A stretch of 64,000 nt of DNA, from the NCBI RefSeq assembly GCF_018977255.1, contig NW_024704743.1, positions 89,282,001 through 89,346,000 of the forward strand, given 5' to 3'. Within the stretch, counting starts at the first letter, position 1, and every line of letters begins with the position of its first letter. Of this stretch, positions 14,011 through 26,989 are shown in pieces. Origin of the DNA: Callorhinchus milii. Taxonomy: Eukaryota. The notes beneath the pieces were generated by a model. The model was not told the DNA's origin. It searched no databases and worked only from the letters and a program-made list of their open reading frames with translations. Position numbers and translations under genes: made by a program.

Positions 14011-15459
14011 ACTTTACATATAGCTCCAGGTACTGAAAGGAGTTGCTATTTGCAATTTGGAGTCAGTATCATGAAATTCCATCAAGAAACGCTACAATAT
14101 AGACTCCACTTGCTGGTGCATTGAGTACATTATTGCTTGTGTAATATCCACATGGTTAGAATTGCATTACACAAGTTCTTTTCTGTCTTAGTTTTATAAT
14201 TAAAACGTTCAAAATAGATTGTAAAAGGGATGCAGTGGTTTGCTTCGGAAATGAAAGCCATATTTAGGTTGTGAATATTGCCAATATCTAAACATGCAGC
14301 ACTAATAAAACTGTCAAATAAGACTGAAATTTTCAATTGCTTTAATAATAACAACAATCCTTTCATTTGTTTCATATCAGGAGGATGTCCCAAAGCGCTT
14401 CACAGGATATACTATGAAGTGTAGTGGATGGGTGTTTTATGATGAACCACTGTGTATTGTAACCTGTAAGACTATTTTATCTTAAAATTTAACATTACAC
14501 AGAAAATTCTTAATATCACTTTTAATTTGAATGCCTGTTCTTTTTAAGAACTGTAGAAAATGCTTTCCAGATCAAGACTCAATTGGAGAATTTTCCACAA
14601 GGCAAAATGTTCTCATTGGCAAAGGTTAAGTGGAACTTCAAGCCTCTAGGGTTTTATCTGCAGCTTTTCTTAGTACAGTATTATTTTCAGAATGTATAGG
14701 ACTGTGCATTTTTTGTAGACCAGAAAGTGTCTGGCAGCAGTTAGCAGGATTTTTCCACTTTAGAATGAATTCCTGCACTTTGATGTTATTGCAATCTTGT
14801 GAAATCATTTGTTTATTCTTAATACACATGCAGAAAGTTCCATTTTCCCAAACACTTACAAAACTGAAAAGGAGCATTCGAAGCTTTGTTTATTTTTGGT
14901 TATCTTTGCAAAGTTTTGGTGGAGATATTCTATAAAGAGATGTTTTAAAAACAAGAATATATTGCTCAACCCAACTTGAATACACAAATAAGTGATTGCT
15001 TATTAAAGATGAAATCTATTTTAACCAATACATCAATTAGTGCAGCAAACCGATATCAGCAAAGCTTACATTTTCTTCAAAATAAATTGCCCTTGGCATA
15101 GGGCTCAAAGTGTAGTATTCTTGCTTCTAACATCAAAGTTTCATTAGCAAACTCTTCTGTAGGTAGTGGAACCAATTTTCACCCAGAAGATTTGGTGCAA
15201 AAACTGAACAGAGTAAGATTGATGGGAGGGGCCACATTATCGTTGTCTCAAATTAAAATCGACTTTGTCTTTTCCCAACTGCTACTGAGTGACTGAACCA
15301 TGCTATTCTAAGCTACAGGAACATGGACTGCTTTGGGTAAAGGAATTGAAAGAGATTAGGAGCAACAAACAGGTTTCTAGGAGAAAATGTGTACACAATC
15401 TGTGACCATGATCCTATTGTTGATATACTTGTTGGAATATATTATTCAACTTGTCATGC

Positions 15460-15805
15460 CACAGCACTGTTTCGTGCAACACCGCTGTGAGCAATTAGCT
15501 GCAGTGTTTGCCCACAAAATATATGGCCAATTCACTTTACAGTATATTCTGTGAAGGGCTTTGAGACGTCTTGAAGGCGTGATAAGGCGCTATATCAAAT
15601 GCAAGGATTATTATCATATTAGAGCACACCTGGAGGATGAAATTCTACTGATCTCATAATGTGTTTTTAGTGGGATTATTAGTAATAATAATAATAATAA
15701 GCCTTGTATTTGATATACCACCTTTAACATCAGGAGGATGTCCGAAAGCACTTCACAGGATATACTGTTAAATGTAGCAATTGTGTATTCTGTAGGTGAA
15801 TTCAA
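15460..15805. mobile_element. Two SINE tails arranged tail-to-tail (+ about 15460-15615, - about 15682-15805)
   Basis: Shared tail sequence present in both orientations about 70 bp apart. Confidence 0.8.
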
Positions 15806-15814
15806 CAGCCAATT

Positions 15815-15890
15815 TAACATAACGTAACATGCAGGAGTAGGACATTCGGTCCTTCGAGCCTGCCCTGCCATTCAATCATGGCTGATCATG
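15815..15890 (-). mobile_element. CR1 3' terminal fragment
   Basis: Reverse complement closely matches the CR1 3' end at 16864-16942. Confidence 0.8.
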
Positions 15891-16145
15891 GCAATGTTCC
15901 ACAAACAGCCACAAAATGAATGAACAATTTTTATCCAGGGGATTATGGCCAGGAGACCGGGAGAAATTCCTTTCTCTTTTTAAATAGTGCCATAGGATCT
16001 TTAGTGTCCACCAGGCAGTTTAATGCATGAAACAAAGGACAATGCAGCACATTCCCAACATTGTATTGAAGTGTCATCCTAGACCATGTGATCTGGGCTT
16101 GAATTCCCAGCCATCTGATTTACAGGAAAGAGTGCTACTAACTCA
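15890..16145 (-). mobile_element. Degenerate DeuSINE-like copy
   Basis: agtgccataggatctttagtgtccacc and agagtgctactaact are reverse complements of the Deu core and head. Confidence 0.65.
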
Positions 16146-16252
16146 GGAAATTTCACAGTAGCTAAGAACCAACACAGTCAGTAATTTTTGCCCGCAGTGG
16201 GTTTCAAAATCCAACACAATAGGTTTAAGAAGAAAGTTCTTCAATCACAGAA

Positions 16253-16942
16253 AGTTAGTCTGCAGGTGCAGCAGCAATTAGGAAGGCGAACAGTATGTTA
16301 GCATTCATTATGAAAGGATTAGAGTATAAGAGTAGGGAAGTCTCGCTGCAACTGTATAGGGCCCTGGTGAGACCACACCTGGAATACTGTGTGCAGTTTT
16401 AGTCTCCTTATTTAAGGAAGGATGTACTTGCCTTGGAGGGGGTGCAGCGTAGATTTACTAGGTTAGTACCAGGGATGAAGGGGATGAGTTACGAGGATAG
16501 GCTGACCAATTTGGGCCTATATTCTCTAGAATATAGAAGAATTAGAGGGGATCTTATAGAAACCTATAAGATCATCAAAGGGCATGATAGAGTAGATAGT
16601 GGGAGATTGTTTCTCCTGTTTGAAGAAACTAAAACCAGGGGTCACAACCTTAAAATCAGAGGCCAGCCCTTTTGCACTGAGTTGAGAAAGAACTTCTTCA
16701 CTCAAAGGGTAGTGAATGTATGGAACTCGCTACCCCAAAGGGCTGTTGACGCTCAGTCCTTGAACATATTCAAGACTGAGATAGATAGATTTCTTATTGC
16801 AAAAGGTATTAAGGGATATGGGGATAAGGCAGGGTTACGTTATTAGCTGGAGTTAGATTATAAGATCAGCCATGATTGAATGGCGGGGCAGGCTCGAAGG
16901 GCCGAATGGCCTACTCCTGCTCCTACATGTTATGTTATGTTA
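16253..16942 (+). mobile_element. 5'-truncated CR1 LINE (ORF2 C-terminus and 3' UTR)
   Basis: LYRALVRPHLEYCVQF followed by ORF 16433-16846 (RRIRGDLIETYKI...TRGH...FFTQRVVNVWNSLP); ends in (tatgt)n. Confidence 0.93.
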
Positions 16943-17162
16943 AAGGGAAGACTAAGTATGTGAAATATTCCATAATTTAGGAACTGAATGAGCTAGAGTG
17001 GGAGCTGGTGCAGATGGTTCAAGAAGAGCAATTTTCATATTATGTTTTTTTTATGTGCAAGTGTTATTTTTATTTCTTTATTATGACACATCTGTTAGTA
17101 CAGGTAAACAGTGAAGTTGCCTGTACTTGGGGACAAGTATTGCACATTACAATAAAATATAG

Positions 17163-17430
17163 TAATAATAATAATCTTTGCCTTTGATATAGTGTCTTTC
17201 GCATTGGACGGATATCTCAAAGCACTTCACAGGATCATTGTATAGTGAGGTGCCAACTTATTTTGTAGGTGAGCGCAGCAGCCATTTGCATGTCCCACTG
17301 TCCCAAAATTTTATTTGGGGGGAATTTTTGGCCAGGACACAAGGAGAAACTCCCATTTTGAACAGTGCCAGGGCAGACCGGACCTCGGTTTAACATCTCA
17401 TCAGAAGAATGGCACCTCCAACAATGAAAA
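17163..17430 (-). mobile_element. Partial DeuSINE-like copy
   Basis: Tail plus ggacctcggtttaacatctcatc, the reverse complement of the Deu core. Confidence 0.7.
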
Positions 17431-17439
17431 ACAAACACC

Positions 17440-18238
17440 AAGCACAGTATCCACCCTACACTCCTCATCCCTCCATCTCTCCCTTCTCCCTTTCCTCCAC
17501 CCCACCCAGCTTCTGGTCATTCAACTCCCCCTCCTCTGGCCACTGCCAGCTGACACAATCAACCAGTTCCTCTCCACAGGCTTTGTCCCATTCCCCCTGA
17601 AAACCACTGTCATCACTTCTCTTAAAAAACCTACCCTCGAAACTCACACACTTCATACTCAACTCAAGCCTGCCCTTCCTGACCAATGTTTTGTGACACG
17701 TCATTGCAAATCAACTTTGCTCACACCTCTCCCTCCACTCCCTACTCGAAACCCTCCAGTCTGGTTTTCAGCCTGCCCACAGCACAGAGACAGAGCTCTT
17801 TAAAGTAAGAAATTGCATTGTCTCTCTCTGTGACTAGGGCTCCCTCTGCCTCCTCATTCTCCTAGACCTCTCCATATCATTCAACACAGTCAATCACGCC
17901 ATCCTCCTCCGCCGCCTCGCCTCCCTTATCCACTTTAGTGGGACCACACTTGCATGGTTCAACACCTGCTTAACAAACTGCCAACAACACATCCCTGCAA
18001 ATGTTTTTTCCTCCCACCCCCGCCCAGTTACCTTCGGGGCACCCCAAGGCTCCATCCTTGGCCCACCTTCTTTTCTTTATCTACATGCTTCCTCTCGTCG
18101 ATGTCATCCGCAGACATGGGGTCAACTTCCGAATTTCGCCCACAAACATACCGTCAATTCACTTTACACTATATTCTGTGAAGCATTTTGAGCATGTCGA
18201 AGATGTGAGAAAGGTACTATATCAAGGATTATTATTAT
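17440..18238 (+). mobile_element. Degenerate L2 RT fragment fused to a SINE tail (about 18135-18238)
   Basis: Pyrimidine-rich fragment homologous to the L2 at 56600-57260 (LKKPTL, QSGF, LLDLS, PQGSILGP remnants); switches abruptly to the SINE tail. Confidence 0.8.
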
Positions 18239-18994
18239 GATATCCAAATCTGCTTCTACTCCTCCAGTTGTGACTCCCAGTCCAGGTTTGTGAATCCCTT
18301 TCCAACAATAATAATGATCCCTATACGCTTTCTACACTTTGCTTAGAAAACTCTATGTCGAATGACTTTGGCTTTAGAACTCACAATCACACTGCCATGT
18401 GTATTAAGTATTGAACACGAATATGTTTCCATCCGAGTCTTCCTCAACTGCCCCATTATAGCAAACGATTGCTCTGATCCCTTTTCTGTGTGTTTGAACA
18501 GGCCTGGATTCATGTTAGTTATTTATTTACACCTAAAATAATGATGTGAAGGGAAAATATTCTTGTCTTAGATCCTCTGAACGACAGTAAGAATGAAGCA
18601 GTTGCAATGTTTTGAGTCACTGTTTGCAGCCCTCAACTGTTTGAAACAGTATCAAGTCGGTGTTATAAAGGAAACCACAGGGGTTCTCTTTAATAACCAA
18701 AATACTCTACCGATATGTGGTTCCAAGCAGTAATTCATTTTTATCATTTTATCTGCACCATAAAACGCGTTTCAAATTGAATGTTTTCCACTTACTGGGA
18801 GCACCAGGTTATTGTTTGAAGTGGTTTCTAGTAGACTTTGGTTGACATATGACATCGCAGCAGTACTGAAGTGCTTTTGTGAGGGTTCCTGTTCACAGGA
18901 ACATACGAACCGGAGTAACTAATGTGCTCTACCAATACGTATTTCATTAAAGTTTTGCATCTTTTCCTCCATTTCCTTAATACCCTCACTTAAC

Positions 18995-18997
<3 letters not shown>

Positions 18998-19026
<29 letters not shown>
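18998..19026. repeat. (CT)n microsatellite
   Basis: About 14 perfect CT units. Confidence 0.95.
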
Positions 19027-19027
<1 letters not shown>

Positions 19028-19269
19028 GAGAGCGTGAGGTTAGTGAGCATTTCCTCATGGCTAGGAAATTCCATTTTCTCTTGGCCCTTTGTGTAGAGAT
19101 TATTTTTCTCTGGACTTCCCCTTCACCAGTTTAAAACAACAACAACTTGCATTTATATAGAGCCCTTCACACAGGGCAGCACCTCGTAGCACTTAACATT
19201 GGCTGAGCCTGTTACTGAGCCAAGAGGAGGGATCAGGTGACCGTAAGCACAGTTGAAGCACGGTTTAGC

Positions 19270-19680
19270 TCTAATTCTAAGGTTATGATTTTTTTCCTGG
19301 ATTCCCCAACTAGAAAGAAGAATCGTTTCCTATTTACTCTATCAAATATAATGCATTATTTTGAACTCCTCAAATGGATCACCCGTCAATGTTCTGAATT
19401 CCAACAAATATAACCCCAGGTTACTCAGCCTTTCATCTCATTTAAGTCCATTCATCTCAAATATAATCCTGATAAATCATCATTGGACTTAATCCAAGGC
19501 CAATACATGCCTCCATAGGTGGGGTGCCCAAAACTGAACAAAATATTCCAAACTGCATCAGTATTACTTGCTCTTCTAGATATTATGTTGAAGCCTAGCA
19601 GTCCATTAACCTTTGTGGTCGCTCTCTGCACCTGTGAACTAGCTTTAATGGCTTTGTACCCAAACCTCATGAAATGTATT
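19270..19680 (-). mobile_element. Degenerate CR1 fragment
   Basis: Minus-strand remnants of LEY.VQFWAP and QVQRAT.KVNGLLGF motifs (ORF 19452-19670). Confidence 0.65.
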
Positions 19681-20424
19681 TTACAAGTCTTTTATTGCCT
19701 GGGAAACAAGAAGTGCCAGAAGCATATAACAGTTTCATCCATAAAGGTGTCACATGCAAGAGACACAGAGATGCATTTCAATCTGATTCCAATCTTTGTG
19801 CTGTGTGGATATACAGATCAAATTATAGGAAAGGTGTGCCAAATTCATTTTCATGAAGACATTGTCTCTTTAATTACATGGTTTAAAAGATTTGTTCTGT
19901 TCTTGCCAGTCATCAATCAAGAAATTCATTTTTAAAAATTGGGGGCCAATTTTGTAGTATTTCTTAGTATTTCATTAAGAAATCCAAAAAGAAGGCTCCT
20001 TACTCAAACCGCCAGAGTGACACTCACAAATCTGTGTCTTGTGCTTTCTTAAGAAATCTGGTTAACAAATATTGTAAAATTTAATGAGATAATAGCTGTC
20101 TTCCAAATCTCTGCTCCCATGGACTAGGGAGGGTAAAATTAACCCTTCCATTTATCCACTTAGATCTTTCTTCCCATGCCAGAAAGTGAATGTGTGAAGA
20201 TGTTGGGTGAGAAGAGGATTATTCTCTGCTTTGATACAGTATTTTTGTCAGCTTGGCTCAGTTAGAGGCACTCCGATTAGGACGTTGTGTGTTCATGCCC
20301 CATGTTGCATCATTGAGCCCACAGTCTCGACTGGCACTCCATTACAGAACCGGAAACACTGCATTGTCTCAGGTGCTGTCCTTCAAGTGAAATGTTAAAC
20401 CAAGGTCTGGTCTGCCTTTTCAGA

Positions 20425-22040
20425 CAACAACAGCAACTTGGATCTATATAGCGCCCTCCACGCCAGACGGCATCTCAGAGTGCTTCACAGTAATGGATCC
20501 CGGGGCCAAACCAGTGGGAGGGGAAGGGAGAGTAAGGTGACCAAAGGCTCGGTCAAAAAGAAAGGTCTTCAGCAGAGACCTGAAAATAAGAAGAGAGGGG
20601 ACGAGGCAAAGGGAGTGAGGAAGGGAGTTCCAGAGCCTTGGGGCGTAGTGGCTGAAGGCACGGCCGCCGAGGGTGGAGCGGAGGACTCGGGGGACAAGGA
20701 GGAAGCCAGACCCGGAGGAACGAAGGCAACAGGCACTGTTTTGAGGAGAGAGGAGGTCAGAGAAGTAGGGGGGGTGCAGAGGAGTGGAGGGATTTGAAGA
20801 CAAGGGTGAGGATCTTGAAGTCGATCCTTTCTGGGACAGGCAGTCAGTGCAGTCTGGCAAGGACTGGGGTAATCGGGGAGCAGAGTTTGGTTTGGGTGAG
20901 AATGTGGGAGGCAGAGATTTGAATAATTTGGATTTTGTGAATGGTAGTGGAGGGGAGGCCGGTGAGGAGGGCATTAGAATAGTCCAGCCGAGAGGTGACA
21001 AAGTCATGGACCAGGGTTTCTGCAGCTTTCGGAGACCGGTATTGGCAGAGACGGGCGATGCGTTGGAGGTGGAAGAAAGCGGTGCTGGTGAGGGACCGGA
21101 TGTGGGGGAGGAAGGATAATTGGGGTTCGAACCTGACGCCTAGGTTGCGTACGGATTCAGAGAGTTTTAGGGGAGGTCGAGTAGGTGGAGGAGGTGAGAA
21201 CAGTGAGATTTTAGACATAGAGCCAAAGAATATGGCTTCCGTCTTGTCAACGTTCAGCTGAAGGAAATTTGCGCTCATCCAGCTCCTGAGGTCTGAGGAA
21301 AAATAGAATTTGGGTGTCGTCCTCATACATGACATCCCCAAGAGGGAGCATGTAGATCAGAAAGAGGAGGGGGCCAAGGATAGATCCTTGGGGTACCACG
21401 CAGGTGACCGGGTGAGGGCAGGAGGAGAAGCCGTTTGTGCAGATGTACTGCTGGCGGTTTGTGAGGTAGGACTCGAACCAGGCGAGTGCGGTCCCACTGA
21501 GGTGGATGACGGAGGAAAGGCGGTGGAGGAGAATGGAGTGATCGACTGTGTCAACAACAACAACAACAACAACAAGATTCCATTTATAGAGCGCCTTTCA
21601 CGTCAGGAGGACGTCCCAAGGCGCTGCACAGTTGGGTCATGACCCGAGCAGGGGGGAAATGGTCAGGGTGAGGGGAGGGAAGGGAGGGAGAGAGGAGGGG
21701 GGAAATGGTCAGGGTGAGGGGAGGGAAGGGAGGGAGCGAGGAGGAGGAAGAGAGTCGAGAGGGGACTCAAATGCAGAGGAGAGGTCCAGGAGGACAAGGA
21801 GGCAGAGGGAGCCCTGGTCACAGGTAGAGAGGATGTCGTTTGTGACTTTCACAAGCGCAGTCTCTGTACTGTGGGCGAAAACCAGACTGGAGGGGTTCAA
21901 AGAGGGAGTGGGAGGAGAGGTGTGCGTGGAGTTGATTGGCAACAATGAATTCTAGGACTTTTGCGAGGAAGAGCAGGTTAGAAATAGGGTGGTAGTGGCT
22001 GGGGTTTGAGGGATCTAGGGAAGGTTTTTTGAGGACAAGG
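20425..22040 (-). mobile_element. 5'-truncated L2 LINE with frameshifts
   Basis: Minus-strand ORFs give KKPSLDP..YHPISNLLFLAKVLE, HSTETALVKVTND, VTSRLDYSNALL and GGRAFSHYAPRLWNSLP; (ttg)n tail at 20425. Confidence 0.92.
21555..21766 (-). mobile_element. Young L2 3' end nested in the older L2
   Basis: Nearly identical to the reverse complement of 58108-58274; flanked by tcaa on both sides; contains an internal 46 bp tandem duplication. Confidence 0.88.
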
Positions 22041-23292
22041 GAATTAAAGATTCTACAGCACAATTCGATAAGAGAAGGGAGTTTCCCCAGTGTCCTGGCC
22101 AACAATACCCCAGATAAAGTTGATCATTTGCTTCTTGGCTGTTTGTGGGTCATCACTTTGTGCAAACTGGATGACGGATTAACCTACAAATACACAGTCA
22201 TTACCTTTGACAGTAAATCCTGTGAAGTGCTTTAAAGACATTTTGATGACATTTTGGTAAGACTCTATATCAAATGCAAGGATAATTATTATTATTGTAC
22301 TCTCCCGTCTCCTGTCATTTATCAGAACTTTCCCTCAAATTGTTCGCACACCGTTAGGAGAAAGAGAATTTGTGAAAGAAAGAGTAATAACTGCGTTCTC
22401 TGTACAAAGGGGACAAAAGGCACAAGAAACACAGAACATGTTAAATGCCATGCATGTAATTTCAGCCAGCAGCGAGCAGTGTGAAGTCAAAGTCTGAGAC
22501 CAAATTATTCTATTAATGTCTCCCAAGCAGTTAATAACTGCTTTCAGGTAACTGAAATGCATGTCATTTGGAACTTGCTGTGCAGATGAAATGATTAAAA
22601 TTAATTAGTCTTGGAAATTAAATGGGGCAGAATTATTTTCTGTGTAAAATGAAATGATACCTCCCAACATTTCCTTTTAAGGAAACATGTCTATTATGAT
22701 AATGTTAAACCTTCGTCCCAGGCAAATATTCTGTTTTGCCAGTGTTTTCCTCCTTTCCTGATGTATATTTGATATTTCTCTTGAGATATCGTTTCACAGA
22801 CATAGGTCACCATCTGTACAAAATCTGCCAAATTTTCCTGCAAATTTCCGCAAAATCTGCCAAATTTCCCCGCAATGTTTGGCAAATATTTCCGTAATTT
22901 TTTTATTAGCTCTGGTCACTAGCTAGTAAGTAGCAGTTCGAGCCCTAGCTGATATCCCTCACTAGCCCTGGAGAAGATGCTTCAGCTGTGTTGCCTCTAG
23001 CTGAGAGCACCTAATTCAGCACAACATTTATATGGTGCTCTTCTTGTCACAATGCTTGACAAAGATGGAGTCAGACGCCAAGCAAGAGAGAGGAGGAGAG
23101 TGTAATGGGTAGGTGACCGTAGACATGGTGAAACAGTAAGATTTAAAGGCAGAACTTGAAGAATGATAGAGAAACTGTAAGACAACAACAACAAATTGTA
23201 TTTATATAGTGCCTTTAATGTAGGGAGGATGTCCAAAGGCGGACTTTGATGAAGATGGAGGATTGTAGTGAGAGACTTCAAAGTTTAGGGAC

Positions 23293-23870
23293 ATAATAAT
23301 AATAATCCTTGCATTTGATAAAGCACCTTATTACATCTTCAAGATGTCTTAAAGTGCTTCATACAGTGAATTGACTGTATATCTTGTGGCGAAACATGGC
23401 AGCCAGTTTCACAAAGCAGTGTCCCATAAATAGTCGTGGATTAAGTGATCACTTTTTTTTAAGGGATTATTATCCCCAAAAAAACAATCTGCCAATCGAC
23501 TAACAACCAGGTTACTACTTATTGCTGAGTTAGGTAAACAGAGGCGTGTACAGTAAGGAAACTTGCCTAACGCTTTGCCCTGCCTGGGAATCGAACCAAG
23601 GTCCTCTCGCTTGCAAAGCAAGTGCTCTAACAGCAGCCAATTTTACACAACGGTGTCCCATAAACCGTCATGGATTGAGTCATCAAATTACTATTTCTTT
23701 TGAAGGTATTATTACGCCCGGAAAGCGATCTGCCAGCCAGGTTCCTCCTTGTGGTTAGGTACACAGGAGCAAGAAGTAAACTTGCCTAAGGTTTGACCCT
23801 GCCCGGGAATGGAACGCAGGTCCTTTCGCTTCTGAGACGAGTGCTCTAACTAATATATTATAGGTCTCCA
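23293..23870 (-). mobile_element. Two tRNA-derived SINE copies joined in tandem
   Basis: 23293-23630 runs from tail to a truncated head; 23631-23870 is a second body and head lacking its tail. Confidence 0.82.
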
Positions 23871-24515
23871 CTTTAAATCATACTTTTTTTTATTATTAAA
23901 GAAATTCACATAAGAGATTACAATCTGAAAGGACCTCTAGAACTTTATTCCAAAATCTCTTTGCCATGTTCCTTTGCTCCCTGCTTTGTCTCTTAAAATA
24001 TATCTCTTCAGCTGTGCTTTTGGTCAGCATCTTTCCATTTCCCTTTTCCCTCCTCAGTTTTCTCTGTTATGTCTGTGAAATTCTTTGAGGCATCCATCCT
24101 ATGTGAGAGGCACTTTATGAGTACAGGTTTGTTGTTGTTACAACAAATGCACCTGAATTGACTAAACGTACATCACAAGCTGACCTCAGGGGATCCGCAC
24201 TACAAACCCCTTGTGTTGCACTGTATTCTGCTCACTGTCTGAGACGGAATATCAAGTTCCTGCAGGGAAAGCATGAAATTCATGAGTTTGGAAAATATAG
24301 ACCCAAACTGAACAAAACTAACTGAAGTCTGGACATGGGCCAAACACACCAGCTAACGCTTACGTGGGTTGAATGTTTGGCTTAATACCGGACTCGCCCT
24401 TTGATCTGAACTGAAAATACATTTTACTCTCATTCCGGAGAATGAAAGTAAAATGGCGGAGAAGGAAGGTGTTCTGGATATCAACTTATGGTCTACAAAT
24501 CTTCATTGGCCTTAT

Positions 24516-24680
24516 GACCATTGTCTTAAAATGTAAGATCATGCAGAATTTTGGCAAATTCTTAAATTCAGTTTAATTTTTGCAGTACTCAAAAATAACT
24601 GATAAATTAGGTTCCAAATTAAAACTGAATTTAGGAAACTTCTAAAATTCTGCTTGATCTTAAATTTTAAGGCAATAGTC
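24516..24680. mobile_element. Palindromic MITE-like element (family B), best copy
   Basis: About 64 bp imperfect terminal inverted repeats, gaccattgtcttaaaatgtaagatcatgcagaatttt... and ...aaaattctgcttgatcttaaattttaaggcaatagtc. Confidence 0.8.
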
Positions 24681-24909
24681 TATGAAATTTGGGGCCTCAG
24701 GAGCAGGAGCCCTGGCTAATTTCTCCTTCCTAACCCAAGGACACTGAGGTCATTTGCAGTTACCTGCTGCTGCCCTTGATTGAAATCAGCTAACTCAGCC
24801 CTATACTGATTCAGTGATGCCCATGCAAAGTGATTTCTCCTGTTCAAACACTCACACCTTTGCCTTATGTTTTCCTTGGTATGAACTTTTTTTTTATGGG
24901 TTTAGACTT

Positions 24910-25145
24910 TGAAAAGAGAGGGGAGTTTTGCTCAGTGTCCTGCCCAACAATGCTCCAGATAAAAATGATCACTGACTTCATTGCTGTTTGTGGGACACAA
25001 TTGGTTTAAGTTGGCTGCAGTGTTTACCTACAACTACGCAGTCAACTACACTTTACAGAAACATTGTGAAGCACTGAGATATTCTCGATGTTATCATCGC
25101 TATATCAAATTCAAGGGTTATTTTATTATTAGTACTATTATTATT
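24910..25145 (+). mobile_element. DeuSINE-like 3' half
   Basis: gggagttttgctcagtgtcctgcccaac followed by the shared tail. Confidence 0.7.
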
Positions 25146-25464
25146 GCACCATAGACAGAAGTCCATTAATAGTCTGTTAACATAATATTTATTGCAGTTT
25201 ACGCCAAAAAGGTAACAATGAAAGCTAAAAGAATAACCTTCAGAAGATGTCCACCTGGCAAAAGTTACTCCTTGACCCCGGAATTTTGTATGGATACTTT
25301 TAAAAGTAAGTATTCAGTGATCAGTGTGACTTTTCTAGCTGACAAGCACTGGGAAGCTTTTCACATAGTGCTCTCAATGGCAAACTATGTAGTTTTATCT
25401 GACTACAGAGGTACCCAATGTACAGTCTGGGTTTCTCATTGCTTGCCTCTTGCCAGCTGAACCT

Positions 25465-25612
25465 AATAATAATAATCATCCTTGCATTTGATATCGTGCC
25501 TTTTCACGTTTTCGGAATGTCTCAAAGTGCTTCACAGAATATATTGTAAAGTGAGTTGACTGTATATTTTGTGGGCGAATTGTGGCAGCTAATTGCGCTC
25601 AGCAGTGTCCCA
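25465..25612 (-). mobile_element. SINE 3' half
   Basis: Reverse complement of the shared tail; abuts a family C fragment at 25615-25772. Confidence 0.82.
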
Positions 25613-26989
25613 CTCTCTGGAAATTGAAGCAGGATGCATCTCTCCAGGGCGAGAGTGTGCATTCCTTTCCAAACACAGAGAAGTTTTCATGTGTAGGTGG
25701 CATACATATGTTGAACTCTCAGTCTGGTTTTGATTCTCTTAAGCATGAGTTTGTCGGGCACCTGGCTGACCAAAAGAAAATTGGGAAGATTATTAGTTAG
25801 GACACAAGTAGAGGCCGCCTTTGCTTTACAAATAGTGTCATGGAATCTTTAACATCCACCTATAAACAGGCAGTCAGTAATTGGGTCTCATCTCATCCAG
25901 AGTATAACACCTGCAGCAATGTAGAGCTTACCCTCAACTATACTGGAGTGTCAGCCTAGATTATGAGCTCAAATCTTTACATGAAGCTTGAACCTACTAC
26001 CTTCCAAGGAAAAAGGGGTTAGTTGCATTTTGTAGAAAAGGAGTGGAGAAAATTGAAGGGAAAAACTGACAAATTGCTAAGAGTACAATTGTAAATTTCA
26101 GATGTTTATGCCCAATTCTCCAGTGATTTTGCCAGTTTGTTAAGAGAGACTGTGAAGGAAGGTGCACAAGGTGTTTAGGTACCAGGAAGGTGCTTCCTGG
26201 TACACAAACAGTATGATCAGAGGAAAACTAACCCTGGGTCACTCTTCCATACCTCCCAGATGGATGAATGTAGAACAATATAGATAGGAGGCTGGGAGTA
26301 CGTTGTCTGCAACCATGTGTTAGTATATTTGTACTAAAGTCCATTAGCAGGGTGTTCCCTTTATATTGTATTGCCAGCAAGTCATTATGTTTTCATTTCA
26401 CATTTGATTTTGGGACTTTTAGTAAGTGAAACTTATCAGATTCTCGCGTTTGAAAGAACAAAATGTTTAACAAATGCGCTATTAATTCTTTATTCTGTCA
26501 ACACTGGTTAGGTTGACAAGTCAAACTTTGGTTTGTGGTTAATGGCACCAGCTGCAAGTTAAAATATCTATTGTAAACCTGAGAATGAGGCACAGGGTGT
26601 ATGTTTTCCAGCTGGTGCTTTGAAAGAAGAAAGACAACTCCAAGAAACACATTTCTTCCACACACATTGAATCCTGATATAAAATGATTTTAATTCGCTA
26701 TATGCGGCACTGAAAGAAACACGTGAATTGGTTCGTTTGTGCGATTTTATGTATATCAGGGACAAATAAAATCCAGGCGGTTCAAAAAGACAAACACTTA
26801 AAATATTGAACTTTCTGGCAGTTATTTACTACTAGTCTAGAAACTAACCTACCATGACCATGGAATTATTTGTGTCATAATGTCAGGGTTGTACCAACAA
26901 CAGGAATAACCACCCATATATCTATAAGTGAAAACAATGTGAAATTGCATTGAAAATCCCTATTTTCAGGCAAATTGGATTGTTGCAGG

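Larger units (their letters stand above)
20245..22296 (+). mobile_element. DeuSINE-like element split by an L2 insertion (halves about 20245-20424 and 22041-22296)
   Basis: The left half ends ...gtctgccttttcag and the right half resumes ttaaagattctacagcac..., contiguous in the intact copy at 30550-30590. Confidence 0.8.

Noticed and set aside
22820..22880. Short tandem repeats (aaaatctgccaaattt) as a CRISPR-like array
   Set aside because: Only two degenerate units, no unique spacers or cas genes, and a eukaryotic intron context.
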